A stretch of DNA of 64,000 bases from Dictyostelium discoideum. Taxonomy: Eukaryota. The notes beneath the pieces are model-generated. The model was not told the origin of the DNA, ran no database searches, and was given only the letters and a program-made list of their open reading frames with translations. Both the position numbers and the translations under genes were made by a program. The DNA is taken from positions 3,488,001 through 3,552,000 of the forward strand of contig CM000151.3 in the NCBI GenBank assembly GCA_000004695.1, in the 5' to 3' direction. Of this stretch, positions 1 through 13,161 are shown one piece after another. Position 1 is the stretch's first letter, and every line of letters begins with the position of its first letter.

Positions 1-33
1 AATTTTTTAAATTGTTTTAAAGATTATTTATCA

Positions 34-2587
34 ATGGATATTATTGAATTTATTGTTAGAGGTATTTCATTTCAAGTACGTAGTTATTGTAATCTTATTA
101 AACCAATCGAGCAATGGAAACAAAAAACCTATCAACAAAGATATCAACAATTCAAGAAAGCATTGCATTTAAATAATGAAGTTTATAAAAGAATCGTTTG
201 TAATGGCGTTTGGAAATCGGAGAAATTAGATTACATTTATCGTTATAAAAGTGACCAGTTATCATTGGTTGGTATAATTGAAAGTGATTGCTCAGATTTA
301 TTCATTTCAACATTATTAATCGATTCAAATAGTTATGAACAATTGGAGAATGTTTGGAGATTAATTTGTAATTTTGATTCATTTTCAATTGCTTCCAAAT
401 TTTTAATTGAATTTTTCAAATTGGATAAGGTTAATAATAAATTAAATTTTTCAATTCATCCATCATCAGATGCAAATGAAAATTATAAAAGAACTAAAAC
501 ATCAACCAATTCAAATTTATCGATTGATCTCGTTAGATTATTAGAGTTTACAACTACAAACTTTAGTATCAATGTTGCAAAACTTTTAATTTCAAAATTC
601 CCAACATTTATAACTTCAATACCATCAAGAAATAGTTTATGGGGTATTGAATCAAGATCTTCGCTAAATCCAATTGAAAATCATTTTAGAATTTTAAATT
701 GTTCTTTTGATTTTAATAATCATCAAATTCCAATTGATAAACAAAAAGATTATATTAATTTATTTACAAAAAATTTAATTCATTTTAATACTGAAATTAA
801 TGAAATTGAAGATTTAATTTTAAAAGAACGATATCATATATCAATTAGATCAATTAATAATAATAATCATGATGATGATGATTATGATGATTATGATGAT
901 GATGATGATCATCATTCTGGTTGTAACAATAATAATAATAATAATAATGATGGTGATCATAATGAAGATGAAAATAGTATTAAAGAAGAAAGTTTAATAG
1001 AATTTTCAAATTATAAAGTTGATTCAATGATTTCAAGATTATTAAAATATAATGCACCGTCAACAACTATTATTGCTTTATTATCAAATTTAGTTTGTAA
1101 TCATATGGGTGTTTCTCAAAGAATTTTAATACTTTCAACATTAATTGAAGAAATTCAAATGATAGAATCATTATTAGTTCAAAATGATAGTTTTAAAACT
1201 TTTATGCTTTGCGAATCAATGGTTTCAACACCAAATAGATGGAGTAAACAAAGTATTCCATTGGTTTTCTTTGCTTATATTGGTAGTGATATTTTAAATT
1301 TAAAAGAACGTCCAATGTTTTATAAATTCTTTGATTTAAATCCAAGATTATTATTATCAATCATACCAGTACCATTAATTTTTAAAACTTTTTTAAGTTG
1401 TTCAGATATAATTAGAAATAATTTTGAAGATGATTTAATTAATTTTGAAGATGATGATTCAAGTAGTGTTAATTTCTTTGGTTTCACTTCAAACTTTTCA
1501 AATTCTGATCAAGATTATTTGTCGGCTTTAGAAACTTGTTTTGAAAATTCAAATGTTTTCAATGATCAACAATTAAAACAAATGGCAAGAAAGCTATTAA
1601 CTTTTTCAAAGAGAGAAAATCAATCTAGAATCGCTGAATCTGAACTATTGGAAGAGTTGGAACTTGAAGAAAAAAGAAAGAAACAAAAACAACAAGAAAA
1701 AATTAAAAAAAGATTAAAAAGAGAGAAAAGATTAAAAGAAAAACAAGACTTACTCTTAATTAAACTTGAAAAACAAAAAGAAAAACAACTTGAAGAACAA
1801 ATGAAAAAAAGAGAAAAGAAACTACAAAAATTGGAAAGAAAAAGATTATATAAAAAACTTCAAGATGATGAAAAACAAAAATTAATTGAAAAACAAAAAC
1901 AAAAAGAAAAAGAAAAAGAATTATCAAAACAAAAAGAAAAAGAATTTGAATTATTAAAACAAAAAGAAATTGATGAAATTAAACAAAAAAGTATTCAAGA
2001 AATTGATGAAATTAATAAAAATATTCAACAAAATCAATTAAAAATTGATGAAATTAATAAAAAATTAGAAATTAAAGAAATTCAAAATTTTCAATTACCA
2101 TTATTAAATCAACAACAACAACAACCACCACCACTTCAATTATTAAAACAACAGCAACAACAACCATCATCATCATTAACTATTCAATTAGAATCAATAA
2201 CACCAATTTTAGAACCAAAAAATGATAATGTAGTTTTATTAAAATCATCAATTGAAACTCCAATTGATTCTGTAAAGAAAATTCAATCAATTATTGAAAT
2301 TCAATTAGAAGAAGAAAATCAAAAGAAAAAAGAAATGGAAACAATTGATGAATATGAAGAGATTAATATTAATAAAAAACAAATTAATAGTAATATGAAA
2401 TGGGGTGGAATTGGTGAACCATCTTGGATTTCTGTTAAAAAGGATAATAAAAAATCAAAATCAACAATAACAACATCAACAACACCAACAACAACAACAC
2501 CAGCAAAAGTAATTACATCACAATTCAAAAATGAACAAACTAAAAAATTAATAATTGAAAATAATAAAAAACAAAATTTAATCAATG

Positions 2588-2659
<72 letters not shown>

Positions 2660-3984
2660 TAAATAATATAATTCAAGATGAAGATTTTGTATCAATTGGT
2701 AAATTTAAATTTAATAGAAATGAATCAAATATATTAGGTAGAGGTTCAAATGGTACATTAGTATTTAAAGGTTTATGGAGTGATAAAATACCAGTTGCAA
2801 TTAAACAAATGCAAAAAGCATTCAATCCACTTATCAATAAAGAAGTTGAAGCATTAATTTCATTAACAAGTAAAAATTGTTCAAATATGATTAGATATAT
2901 TGATAAAGAGGAAGATAAACTTCATGTATATTTAGGTTTAACATTATGTGATGGATCATTACAGAATTTAGTTGAAAGTGGTAAATTAAATGATTTTGTT
3001 ATTTCATCAAACAAATCAATTATTGAACTTGCAAAAGATATTCTCTTTGGTATTCAATTCCTTCATTCTCATGATATTGTTCATAATGATTTAAATCCAC
3101 GTAATATTTTAACATTAATTGGTAAAACTAGTAATAATAATAATAGTTCAAATAACTCATTCATTATATCAGATCTTGGATTAAGTAAAATGGAAGTTGA
3201 ATCATCATATTCATTTACAAGTAATATACCAACAGGTCAAGGTGGTTATCATCCATTTGAAGTATTACAAAGTAAAAGAATGACAAAATCTGTCGATATA
3301 TTTTCATTGGGTTGTATTTTATTTTATCTTTTAACAAATGGTCAACATCCATTTGGTAATGATAAATTATTTCGTATAGTTAATATAATTTCAAATAAAA
3401 TGAATCTAACTCCATTGAATTCAAATCAATTGGCTTGTACTTTAATTAAATCAATGATTTCAAAAGATGAATCAATTAGACCAACCATCCAAAATGTTTT
3501 AAATCATCCATTGTTTTGGAATTTAGAAAAGAAAATACAATTCATTGATGCAGCTTTAAATTTAATTAAAGAACCTTCAAACTCAAGTTACAATTCAAAG
3601 TTAACAAAACAATTAAATCATTGTGATGATAATGATGAACCATTTTTAAATGATTCTTGGAATCATTTAATTGATGTAACCAATCTTTTAACACCAACAA
3701 AAGGTTCAAAAATAACCATTTCATATCAATATGATAAAGTTAGAGATTTAATTAGATTCATTAGAAATACAATTGCTCATCATAAAGAAATTAAAAGAGC
3801 AATCATTCAACAATTTCAAAATCAACAATCACGTCCAAATTTAGAAGTTTTAGAGTATTTATCAAGTCAAGATTCTATCTTATTATATTTTGAATCAAAA
3901 ATTCCAAATTTAATTCATCATATTTATCAACAATTAAAACAATATTCTTTAACTATTGATTATTTATTTAATTTTTATAATTAA
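34..3984 (+). CDS. Ire1/RNase L-like protein: N-terminal region, Lys/Glu-rich coiled-coil, poly-Asn/Gln tracts, C-terminal protein kinase domain fused to KEN (kinase-extension nuclease) domain. Dictyostelium irl (IRE-like) family type. May have an upstream exon outside the window, because the frame is open to position 1.
   Basis: A 1316-aa ORF. Kinase motifs: GRGSNGTLV (Gly loop), [22 protein letters not shown] (catalytic loop), ISDLGLSK (DFG-equivalent), HPF...LQSK (APE region). KEN motifs: [19 protein letters not shown] and [18 protein letters not shown], compare Ire1 HPFFW...LLRALRNKKHHY. Paralogous to the ORF at 52442-56569. Confidence 0.85.
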
Positions 3985-4273
3985 AAAAAAAAAATAATAA
4001 ATAAATAAATAAATTCTAATCAAGAATTAATAAATCAAAAAAAAAAAAAAAAAGTGAATAAATAAATAAATAAAAAGTGAATAAATAAATAAAAAAGTGT
4101 AGATTTTTTTTTTTTTAGGGTAACATTTTGTTTTTATTTTTTAATAACTCTTTTTCAAACTTTATATATACAAATTCATTATTCAAACAATTACTATTTA
4201 TATTTTATTATATTTTTATTATTTTTATTATTATTATTTTTTATTGCTATATATATTTTTTTTTATTTTTTTT

Positions 4274-4930
4274 TTATAAATCAATTCTAAAAAATTTTCT
4301 TTCAAAACCATATAACATTTCTTGATGATAATATTTAAGACCAGCTTTTTGAATAATTGATAAAGAACCAAAATTATCAATTCTGGCAGTTGCATAAATT
4401 GTATATAATGGTTTTCCAATTAAACCTGGACCGGTTGAAATTAAATGATTTTCTTTTTTAATTGCATCAGACATACAATGTACTAATACTTCTAACATTT
4501 CTGAACCATAACCTTTACCCCAATGATTTTTATCTATTATAATTGCCAATTCAGCTTCACCATCAACTTTACCATACATAAACATTACATGACCAATGAA
4601 ATCATTATTTAATTTATTAAATACCATTAAACCATTACAAACATCTTGATTTTTCCAACCTTCTATCCATTGATCAACATCTTGGTCAACTTGCTCCTTT
4701 GTTTGAACTCCATAGCCATATTTAACTGTATTCACTGGATCACATAATAATTGATAAAAAGTTTCTCTATCTTTAATATCATTAGTTATATTTCTAATTA
4801 ATAATCTATCTGTAATAATTTTAACATTTAATCCTTTTTTTTCTGATTCATCAACTTTATCATCAATATAAAATTCAACTGTAGATTCATTAATTTTATT
4901 ATTATAATTTTTATAATTATAAATTGTCAT
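4274..4930 (-). CDS. GNAT-family N-acetyltransferase
   Basis: A 218-aa ORF with acetyl-CoA binding motif A (HWGKGYGSEMLEVLVHCM) and RimJ/RimL-like organisation. Confidence 0.75.
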   Translation of the reverse strand: MTIYNYKNYNNKINESTVEFYIDDKVDESEKKGLNVKIITDRLLIRNITNDIKDRETFYQLLCDPVNTVKYGYGVQTKEQVDQDVDQWIEGWKNQDVCNGLMVFNKLNNDFIGHVMFMYGKVDGEAELAIIIDKNHWGKGYGSEMLEVLVHCMSDAIKKENHLISTGPGLIGKPLYTIYATARIDNFGSLSIIQKAGLKYYHQEMLYGFERKFFRIDL

Positions 4931-5444
4931 TGTTTTTTTATTTTTTTTTATTTTTTTTAAATATCAATGTTTAAACTATATATAAAATTATTATATATAA
5001 ATAAATTTTTCAGAATTTGTCGTTCGTTTTTTTTTTAAAGTTTGTTTTCGAGTTTTAAAAAAAAAAAATTAAAAAATAAAATAAAAAATTATTTAAAAAA
5101 AAAAACAAAACAAAAAATGTTAAAAATATGGATATTTGCTGATATTAAAATGAAAAGAATAATTTTTTCAATTGAAATTTCAAACAAAATTATTATTGAT
5201 TTGTTTAAAAAATCTTGGTGGTATAATTTCCCAAAAAAAAAAAAAATTAATTTTAGAATTTAATTATTTTTTTTTTGCCTGTTTTTGTTTTAATTTATTT
5301 TTTTTTTTTGACCAAAACACCTAGTTTTTTTACTTTTCAGATTTAATAAAAAAAAAATATATATATATATTTACTACAACATAATATATAGTTATTTCTT
5401 TTTTTTTTGTTTTTAAAAAAATTACAACTTTTTTTATTTATTTA

Positions 5445-5473
<29 letters not shown>

Positions 5474-5479
<6 letters not shown>

Positions 5480-6770
5480 AATTTTTCTAATCCATTCCTT
5501 ATGATCAATAAGAGTTATATCTTCTTCATTTGAAATTGATTTTAAATATTTTGTTAGATGGAATAAGACATTATCACCATACTTTTTAGCATCTTTAATT
5601 TTAAAAGGTGGAACATGTACACCATTCTTTGGATTCATTGCAAAGTTTTTGGAGAGATCATCAACATGTAAAGTATTTTTCATACTAAAGAATTTACCTA
5701 AATGTTGATGTTTCCAAATTACTTCCAATGCTTTTACATTATGTTTAATTTTAGTTCTCTCTTTACCATTGATGGTTCTATAGGTTGTTACCTTAAACAT
5801 TAATGTTTGATCCATTACAAAACAAATTTTAAAACGTGGATTAGTTAATAATCCCAACTCTGTTAATTTAATTTCAATCCATTTCCAACTAGTTTGAGAC
5901 CAAATTCCAATATCATAATGTTGATAGGATTGTACTAAAAATTCTTCTAAATGTGGTCTTTTCATATCTATATTTATTTAAAAAAAAAAAAAAAATTAAT
6001 TATTTATTTTATTTTATTATATTATTTTATTTTATTTATTTTATTTTATTTTATTTTTATTTACTTTCAACATCTTGATCTTTAAAATCTAAAATTGTAT
6101 GATCTAAATCTAAAACTAATAATTTTTTATTTGGTCTTGGGTCATTAATTAAAGAGATATCATTTGAACGTTCAATCATTGCAAGTAATTGATTTTTATT
6201 TTTTTCAATATGAGAGATTTCATCAGAATCTGGGATATAATCAAATTCGAAATCATTGAATACCTCATCGGTATCACCACTTGTTTTTGGAACGTCAGCA
6301 ATAATATTTGACTCTGGTGTACCCATCATAATGATACTATGATTATCTTGAATTGATAATGATTCTATTATCATTTCATCAGTTGGTTGTTTACCTTTTG
6401 ATAATCCTAAAATTTTTTGTCTCTTTGATAATACATTTGTCATTGTTTCCAATTGTCTCTTTAAATCAAAAACTGTTGAACTCTTTGAAATCAATACTTT
6501 ATATTCTTTACCATTCCATTTGGTTTTTATTGTAATTTTTGAATTTTCTTCATTTATTATTGTTGTTGTTGTTGTGGTTGTTTTTGTTTTTAAATCAGAG
6601 TCATTTATAATATTAGTTGTTGTTGTTGTTGTAGTTGTAGTAGTGGTATTAGTTGTAGTGTTATCATTTGTGTTATTACTATTAGAATCTGTTGTTGTTA
6701 TTATACTATTTATTGTTGACTCTGTTGTTGTTGGTGGATTAGTTGTTGAGGATGAAACTATTGTATCCAT
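5474..6770 (-). CDS. UBLCP1 homolog (ubiquitin-like domain-containing CTD phosphatase 1). Two exons, 6770..6065 and 5967..5474, with an AT-rich intron 6064..5968 (GTAAAT...ATATAG).
   Basis: Exon 1 encodes a Thr/Asn-rich N-terminus, a UBL domain (KWNGKEYKVLISKSSTVFDLKRQLE...IMMGTP) and an FCP/SCP-type DxDxT motif (LVLDLDHTIL). Exon 2 (MKRPHLEEFLVQSYQHYDIGIWSQTSWKWIE...) aligns with human UBLCP1 [29 protein letters not shown]. The phase-1 junction gives VE-N-MKRPH in frame. Confidence 0.85.
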
Positions 6771-7248
6771 TTTTTTTTTTTTTTTTTAAATTGAAATATT
6801 GAGTTTTATTTTATATTGTTTTTATAAAAAATAAAAAAAAAAAATTTAAAAAAGAAAAATGAAATAAAAAAAATTATGTGTGCTTTCTTTTTTTTTTTTT
6901 TTTTTAATTATTTTTTATTTTTTAATTATTTTTGTTAATTGTTCATGGGGTTAGAAAAAAAAAAAAAAAAAAAAATTTATTAAATTAAAAAAAAAAAAAT
7001 GAAAAAAAAAAAAAACTATTTTTTAAAAAAAAAAATAAAAAAAAATAAAATAAAAAAAGATAATTTAAATTAATAAAAAAAAAAAAAAGAAATAAGGGAA
7101 ATAAAATATTAAAAAAACTAATTCTATTAATAGGATTAACTAAGTTTTTTTTTTTTTTTTTTTTTTTTTTATAAATTTAATCTAATCCTTTGGATTTCAA
7201 ATAACAATTTTAAATTTTTTTAATTTTATTTTTATTTTTATTTTTATT

Positions 7249-7291
<43 letters not shown>

Positions 7292-7453
7292 AAAATTTTT
7301 TTTTTTTTTTTTTTGAAAATTTTATTTGTATTACACCACAAAATTAGTTTTAAAAAAAAAAAAAAATATCAACAACCTTATACCTACCCTATAAATCAAT
7401 AATTATTGAAATTTAATATTAAACAAATACACATATATATATAAATTTAGAAA

Positions 7454-7896
7454 ATGTCTGAAACTAAAGTAAGTATTTTTTTTTTTTTTTTTTTTTTTAA
7501 AAATCTATTTTTATAAGTGCATTGTTTTTTTTGTGAACTTACACCCCCTTTCCCCTATTTAAATTTAATAAAGGGAAATAGAAATTATTTTATATTAATA
7601 ATAAACTATTTTATATTATTTTATAGCCAATGACCGAAGAAGAAAAGAAATTTTTTGATAAATATGGAAGATTACCAACTCCATCAACACTTTTATCAAA
7701 AAGAGTTTGTATTACAGTTTTAATCTTTATCCCTCCCCTTTTACTTTTATTTAAATATGTTGGATATTAATACAGGTATTCTTTCACTTTTTTTTTTTTT
7801 TATTTATTTTAGGATAAAAAATATTTTGACTCTGCAGATTGGGCAAAGGGTCAACAAACTGATGCAAAAGAAGTTAAACAACCAGAAACCAAATAA
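7454..7896 (+). CDS. Endosulfine/ARPP-19 family protein (Greatwall-kinase substrate, PP2A-B55 inhibitor), 58 aa. Three exons, 7454..7468, 7627..7704 and 7813..7896; donors GTAAGT and GTTTGT, acceptors TTATAG and TTTTAG.
   Basis: Spliced product MSETK|PMTEEEKKFFDKYGRLPTPSTLLSKR|DKKYFDSADWAKGQQTDAKEVKQPETK. KYG+LP...LL.KR and YFDS(G/A)D(Y/W) are the endosulfine signature, including the Greatwall-target Ser. Confidence 0.7.
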
Positions 7897-8265
7897 ATTT
7901 AACAAAAGAATAAAACATTAAAAAAATAAAAAAATAAAAAATAAAAAAAAAAAATAAAAAATTAAAATGAAAAAAAAAAGTTAAAAGTAAAAAAAAAAAA
8001 ATAAAAGAAAAAAGAGTAGTATAGGAAAGATTCAAAAAGAAGTAAATATAAAAGTTTGGTTTTTTTTTTTTTTTTCTCAAAAATAATAAATGAATTCAAT
8101 TGCCATAATAATTAATAATAATAATAAAAAAAAAAAAAAAAAATTAAAAGTAATTCTAATTGTGAAACTTTTTTTTTTTTTTTTTTTTTTTTTGGTATAA
8201 ACAAATAATAAAAATATAAAAAAAAGAATTATTATTTTCAATTTTTAAACCCCCTGTCTCCTCCC

Positions 8266-8302
<37 letters not shown>

Positions 8303-8360
8303 AAACCAGTTTCTTTGAAAATAAAACAATTTCAAATTTGAGCTTCAAAATCTTTTAAAA

Positions 8361-8396
<36 letters not shown>

Positions 8397-9428
8397 CAAT
8401 TATTTTTTTTAATTAAAACAAGATATGTCAGATTGAGGAAATGAAAGTATCTTGTTAAAAAATAAATTTTAAAGAAGATATTAAAAAATTGGTTGGAAAA
8501 TATTATATAAAAATAAATAAATAAATTAATAAATAAATAAATAAAAATAAAAAAAGAAATTCCAATAATCAAAAAAATAAAAAAATAAAAAATAAGAATA
8601 AATCTTTTGTTTTATTTATTCTTTTCCTTTTTATATTTTATTAAATAAATAAATTTTTTTATAATTTTTTTTTTTTATTGTTAAAAATAAATTTAAATTT
8701 ATTTCTATTAGAAATATTTAAAGGAAAGGATTAATATCTTCACATTGTTCATGTTTCTTCGTTTGGGAATTCTTGATCTATTTCACTACAACATAGCACT
8801 TTTATTGAATTGAAAAGCTTGGTTTTTTATTTTTATTATTATTAATATTATTACTATTATTTTTATTATTTTTATAATTAATAATACTATTATTGAAATA
8901 TTGCGAACTTGAATTATAATTTCGAGAAATAGAAACAATTAATTGATGAATCTAATTTACATAATTAAGAAAAAAAAAAATATTTTAATTTTCATTAAGA
9001 ATTCAATAAATTAAGATTTCTATTTCTTAAATAATAAATTTTTTTTTTTTATTATTGTTTTTTATAATTTTGGATCCCAAAAAAGCATCAAAAAAAAAAA
9101 GGAAAAAAATAAAAAAAAAAGATAAAAATAAATAAAAAAAAGGATAAAAATAAATTAAAAAAAAAAAAAAAAAAAAAAGAGTGGGATTATTTTTTTTTTT
9201 TTTTTTTTTTACAGTAGTTTATATTTTATTATTTTTGTTTTTTGTTTGTTTTTATAAAAGATTTGAAAAAGTCTAATTTCTTAATTTTAAACTATCTATT
9301 TAAAGAATTTAAAAAAGACTGATAAGACTAAAATTAAACCAAGTGTTGAATATAAAACGATTCTAAATAATAAAAAAATTAAAAAAGAATACATAAAGGA
9401 ATTAGTTTTTTTTTTTTTTTTTTTTTTT

Positions 9429-11044
9429 TTATATATAGTTTAATAAAACATACTTTTGATTTCTTTCATCTAAATTTTTCATTGGCGTCTTTTGAATAAT
9501 TTCTAAAGTTTTATCTTGAACTAAAATAGTATTACATTTAATAGTATTGCTAATTGTATTGAATTTATTTTTAATAGTATTTTGTTTAGTAGTAGTTGTT
9601 GTTGTTTGTTGATTGCTTTGTTGTTGTTGTTGTTGTTGTTGTTTTAATTTATCATTTAAAATTACAGATTCATAAGAAGGTGGTGGTGGTAATGGTTTTG
9701 ATCTATTAATTACAGTATTTGAATTTAAAACTACTGAACCAGAGTCATTGTTATTACTAGTGATTGTATTATGAATTACGACTGAACCAGTATCAATTGA
9801 ACCACTGAAAACATTTGGTTTATAAATTACAGAACCAGAAGTAGTTTCACCAATATCATTACTACTATTTGAGTTATTATTTAATAATTTACTTAAAAAT
9901 TGTGGTTTATTATTATTATTATTATTATTATTATCATTTGGTTGTTGTTTTGGTGAAACTGAAGGACCAATTGATTTTCTTTTTTTTGATTTTAATTTTA
10001 TAGCCATTTGAGTTAATTCTTTTAATGCATCTGGTTTTGCACTTTTAATAAAAGGATGATCTAATAATTGAGAAGGTGACCATCTTTCATTGATATCTTT
10101 AGTTAAACATTTATCAACGAATGATACAAACTCTGGTGACCATTTCTTTGGATCTTTAAAAGTTGGTGGAGGTCTTCTACCAATCATATACATGGCTCTC
10201 ATTGGATTAACCTCGGAAAGTGGTGGTTCACCATCGGCCAATTCAATGGCAACTATACCTAATGACCAAACATCGATTTTATTATTGTAATCGGTTTGAT
10301 TTAGAATTTCAGGTGCCATCCAATAGGGCGTACCTGCGATTGAACCTTTGGAAAAAGTGGATTGGATTTGTTGAGAGACGCCAAAATCTGCGATTTTCAC
10401 TTGACCAGTTTCATCCAATAGAATATTTGCCGATTTAATATCACGATGTATGATTTGTTTAGAATGTAAATAAACCAAACCCAATAATGATTGTTGAAGA
10501 ATCAATGAGATCTCTTTCTCTTTAAAAGTTTTACCAATCGATTGCATAATATCATTAAAAGAGGAAAGTGAACAATAATCCATCAAGATCCAATATTTAT
10601 TCTTTAACATTATCGATCCAAAATAACTAACAACATATGGATTATTACATTTCTTTAGAATTTGAATCTCTTTACTAATTGGTTCAACATCATTTGCTTC
10701 GAAAATTTCAAATTCTTTAATTGCAATCGATGTATTTGATGATTTATGAATTGCTCTATAAACTGATCCAAATGATCCTTCTCCTAATTTCTCTTGAATT
10801 TCAAATGATGTTTCACCTCCTGAACTCCAATTTAAATCTAAATCAACATGAACTTTATGTACTAATGAATTTGGTTGTGATATATCAATTTCTTTAAATA
10901 ATTAAAAAAATAAAAAATTAAAAAAAAAAAAAAAGTTAATAATAAAAAAAAAAAAAAAAAAAAAAATTGAAAAAAAAATTAAAAAAAAATTTTAGATTAT
11001 AATTTACCTTTTGGGTTTGATCCACTTCTAAATAATCTAACCAT
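9429..11044 (-). CDS. STE20-family (MST/PAK-like) Ser/Thr protein kinase, 499 aa, with an Asn/Gln/Thr-rich C-terminal tail. Two exons, 11044..11008 (MVRLFRSGSNPK + 1 nt) and 10891..9429; intron has a GTAAAT donor and TTTAAAG acceptor.
   Basis: Exon 2 has GEGSFGSVY, IAIK, HRDIKSANILL, DFGVS and the STE20 signature GTPYWMAPE. Exon 1 was found by the in-frame ATG plus GTAAAT donor. The total of 1500 nt is in frame. Confidence 0.8.
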
Positions 11045-11368
11045 ATTTAAAAATAAGGTTTTAATGAATTAAAATTGGAGAAAAAAAATAAAAAAAAAAA
11101 ATAAAACAAAAAAAAAAAAATAAAGGAGAAAAAAGTTTTTTTATAAAAAAAAAAAAATATTTGCATGCCAAAAAAAAAATTATAAAAAAAAAAAAAAAAA
11201 AATCAAAAAAAAAAAAAATTAAAAATCAAAAAAAATTAAAAATTAAAAAAAATTAAACCAACTGACTATTCTAAAAATAGGAAAATATCTTTTTTTTTTT
11301 TTTATTTTTTTTTCAAATTTAAAATTTCCATTGTTTTTTTTTTTTTTATAAAATATATTTATAGATTT

Positions 11369-12451
11369 TTAATAATCATTGATATCTTGATATACATAAT
11401 GTAATTGAATTGGTTCTGTTAATTCCAAAGGGGTGTGACAACAACCAGTTTTTGGAGAGCAAGAATCAATTGTACAATCATTACCATCATCACAAGAAAT
11501 TGGAGAATGACAACAACCAGTTGTTGGAGAACAAGAATCTATAGTGCAAGCATTACCATCATCACATGAAATTGGTGAATGACAACAACCAGTTTCCATT
11601 GAACAAGAATCTGCAGTACATTGATTACCATCATCACAACTAATTTGATTATGACAACAACCAGTTGAAGGGGAACAAGAATCGGTAGTACATTGATTAC
11701 CATCGTCACAAGAAATTGGAGAATTACAACAACCAGTTTCAATTGAACAAGAATCGGTAGTACATTGATTACCATCATCACAGGTTATTTGATTATGACA
11801 ACAGCCAGTTGAAGGCGAACAAGAATCAAAAGTACATTGATTACCATCATCACAAGTTATTTCATTATGACAACAACCAGTAGACTCTAAACATGAATCA
11901 GTGGTACATTGATTATTATCATCACATGAAATTGGTAAATTACAACAAGCACCAGTTGAATTTGAACAAGTATCAGTGGTACATTGATTAATATCATCAC
12001 AAGAAATTGGAGAATAACAACATTCACCAGTTGAAGGTAAACAAGAATCAACAGTACAAGCATTACCATCACAACATTCTACATTTGTATGGGTACAACA
12101 ACCAGTTTCTTTTAAACAACCATCATTGGTACAAGCATTACCATCATCACATGAAATTGGGGAATAAAAACAACCACTAGATTTTGAACAACCATCAATG
12201 GTACAAGCATCACCATCATTACATTCAATATTGATATGTGTACATCCAGTTTCAATTGAACAACCATCAGTAGTACAATGATTACCATCATCACAATTTA
12301 TTTCAATATGGGTGCAACATCCTTGAATACATAAATCTGTTGTACATTGATCACAATCATCACAATCTAAATTACAATCACATAATTCTTGGCAATTAAT
12401 AATTAAAATTATTATTAAAATTATTAAAATAAAAAAATATTTTTTAATCAT
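11369..12451 (-). CDS. Secreted Cys-rich protein built from about 13 tandem Dictyostelium CTDC repeats (C-x-D-G/D-N-x-C-T-x-D-x-C units)
   Basis: N-terminal signal peptide MIKKYFFILIILIIILIINC. Repeats of about 24 aa (SPISCDDGNQCTTDSCS...TGCCH) give 72-bp DNA periodicity. Confidence 0.8.
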   Translation of the reverse strand: MIKKYFFILIILIIILIINCQELCDCNLDCDDCDQCTTDLCIQGCCTHIEINCDDGNHCTTDGCSIETGCTHINIECNDGDACTIDGCSKSSGCFYSPISCDDGNACTNDGCLKETGCCTHTNVECCDGNACTVDSCLPSTGECCYSPISCDDINQCTTDTCSNSTGACCNLPISCDDNNQCTTDSCLESTGCCHNEITCDDGNQCTFDSCSPSTGCCHNQITCDDGNQCTTDSCSIETGCCNSPISCDDGNQCTTDSCSPSTGCCHNQISCDDGNQCTADSCSMETGCCHSPISCDDGNACTIDSCSPTTGCCHSPISCDDGNDCTIDSCSPKTGCCHTPLELTEPIQLHYVYQDINDY

Positions 12452-13161
12452 TTTATTTGTTTATATTTATATTTAATTTATTTGTATTTATTTATTTGTA
12501 ATTATATTTTAATATTATAATTATTATTAATAAAATTATTTTTTTAATTTTTTTTTATTTTTTTTATCAATTTATATTTAAAAAAGATAAGTTGACATAT
12601 TTTCTTAAATTAATAAATTTTCTATTTATTTTATAATTTATTTTATAATTACTTTATTAATATAAATTATTAATTTATTATTTTAAATATTTTTTATTTA
12701 AAAATTTTTCCAATTCCAGTCATTTTTAATAAAACAATATTTTAATTTCTTAAATAATCCATTTTAAGTTTGTTTTATAATAAAATGATACTTTTGAATG
12801 AATTTAATTGTTTTTTTTATTTTTATCACTTTGAAATTCTTTTTTTATTCATTTTTTTTTTTTTTATTTATTTTATCACTTTCATTTTTATTCATTTTTT
12901 TTTTTTTTTTATTTTTTATTTTTTTTTTTTTTTTTTTAATTTTTTTAATTTATTTTTATTTTTATTTTTATTTTTATTTTTTATTTTGTTATTCATTATT
13001 TTTTTTATTATTTTTTTATTATTTATTTTTTATTTTTTCACACTCACACTCTTATTTTTTTATTATTTATTTTTTATTTTTTCACATTCACCCAAAAAAA
13101 AAAAAAATTTGGCACATTAACAGTATTATTAATAATTTCAAAATTTTCAAAAATTCATCAA

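Noticed and set aside
2319-2585. Antisense ORFs inside coding low-complexity tracts. They include poly-Val (6520-6789), poly-Tyr (14102-14296, 14459-14737, 18651-18842, 28366-28566, 55225-55431), poly-Val/Tyr (39648-39980, 40131-40430), poly-Val (54001-54498), poly-Leu (55680-56042) and poly-Cys/Phe (53688-54080).
   Set aside because: They are reverse-strand or alternate-frame readings of (AAT)n/(CAA)n/(GTT)n codon repeats that clearly belong to the sense genes. They have no independent coding signal.
4128-4325. Short Phe/Ile/Lys/Tyr-rich ORFs in AT-rich spacers (4128-4325, 5042-5263, 7874-8080, 12770-13175, 17914-18099, 22200-22439, 26728-26913, 29171-29434, 35470-35691, 41933-42127, 63370-63555)
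   Set aside because: These are poly-A/T-driven low-complexity translations in intergenic or promoter DNA.
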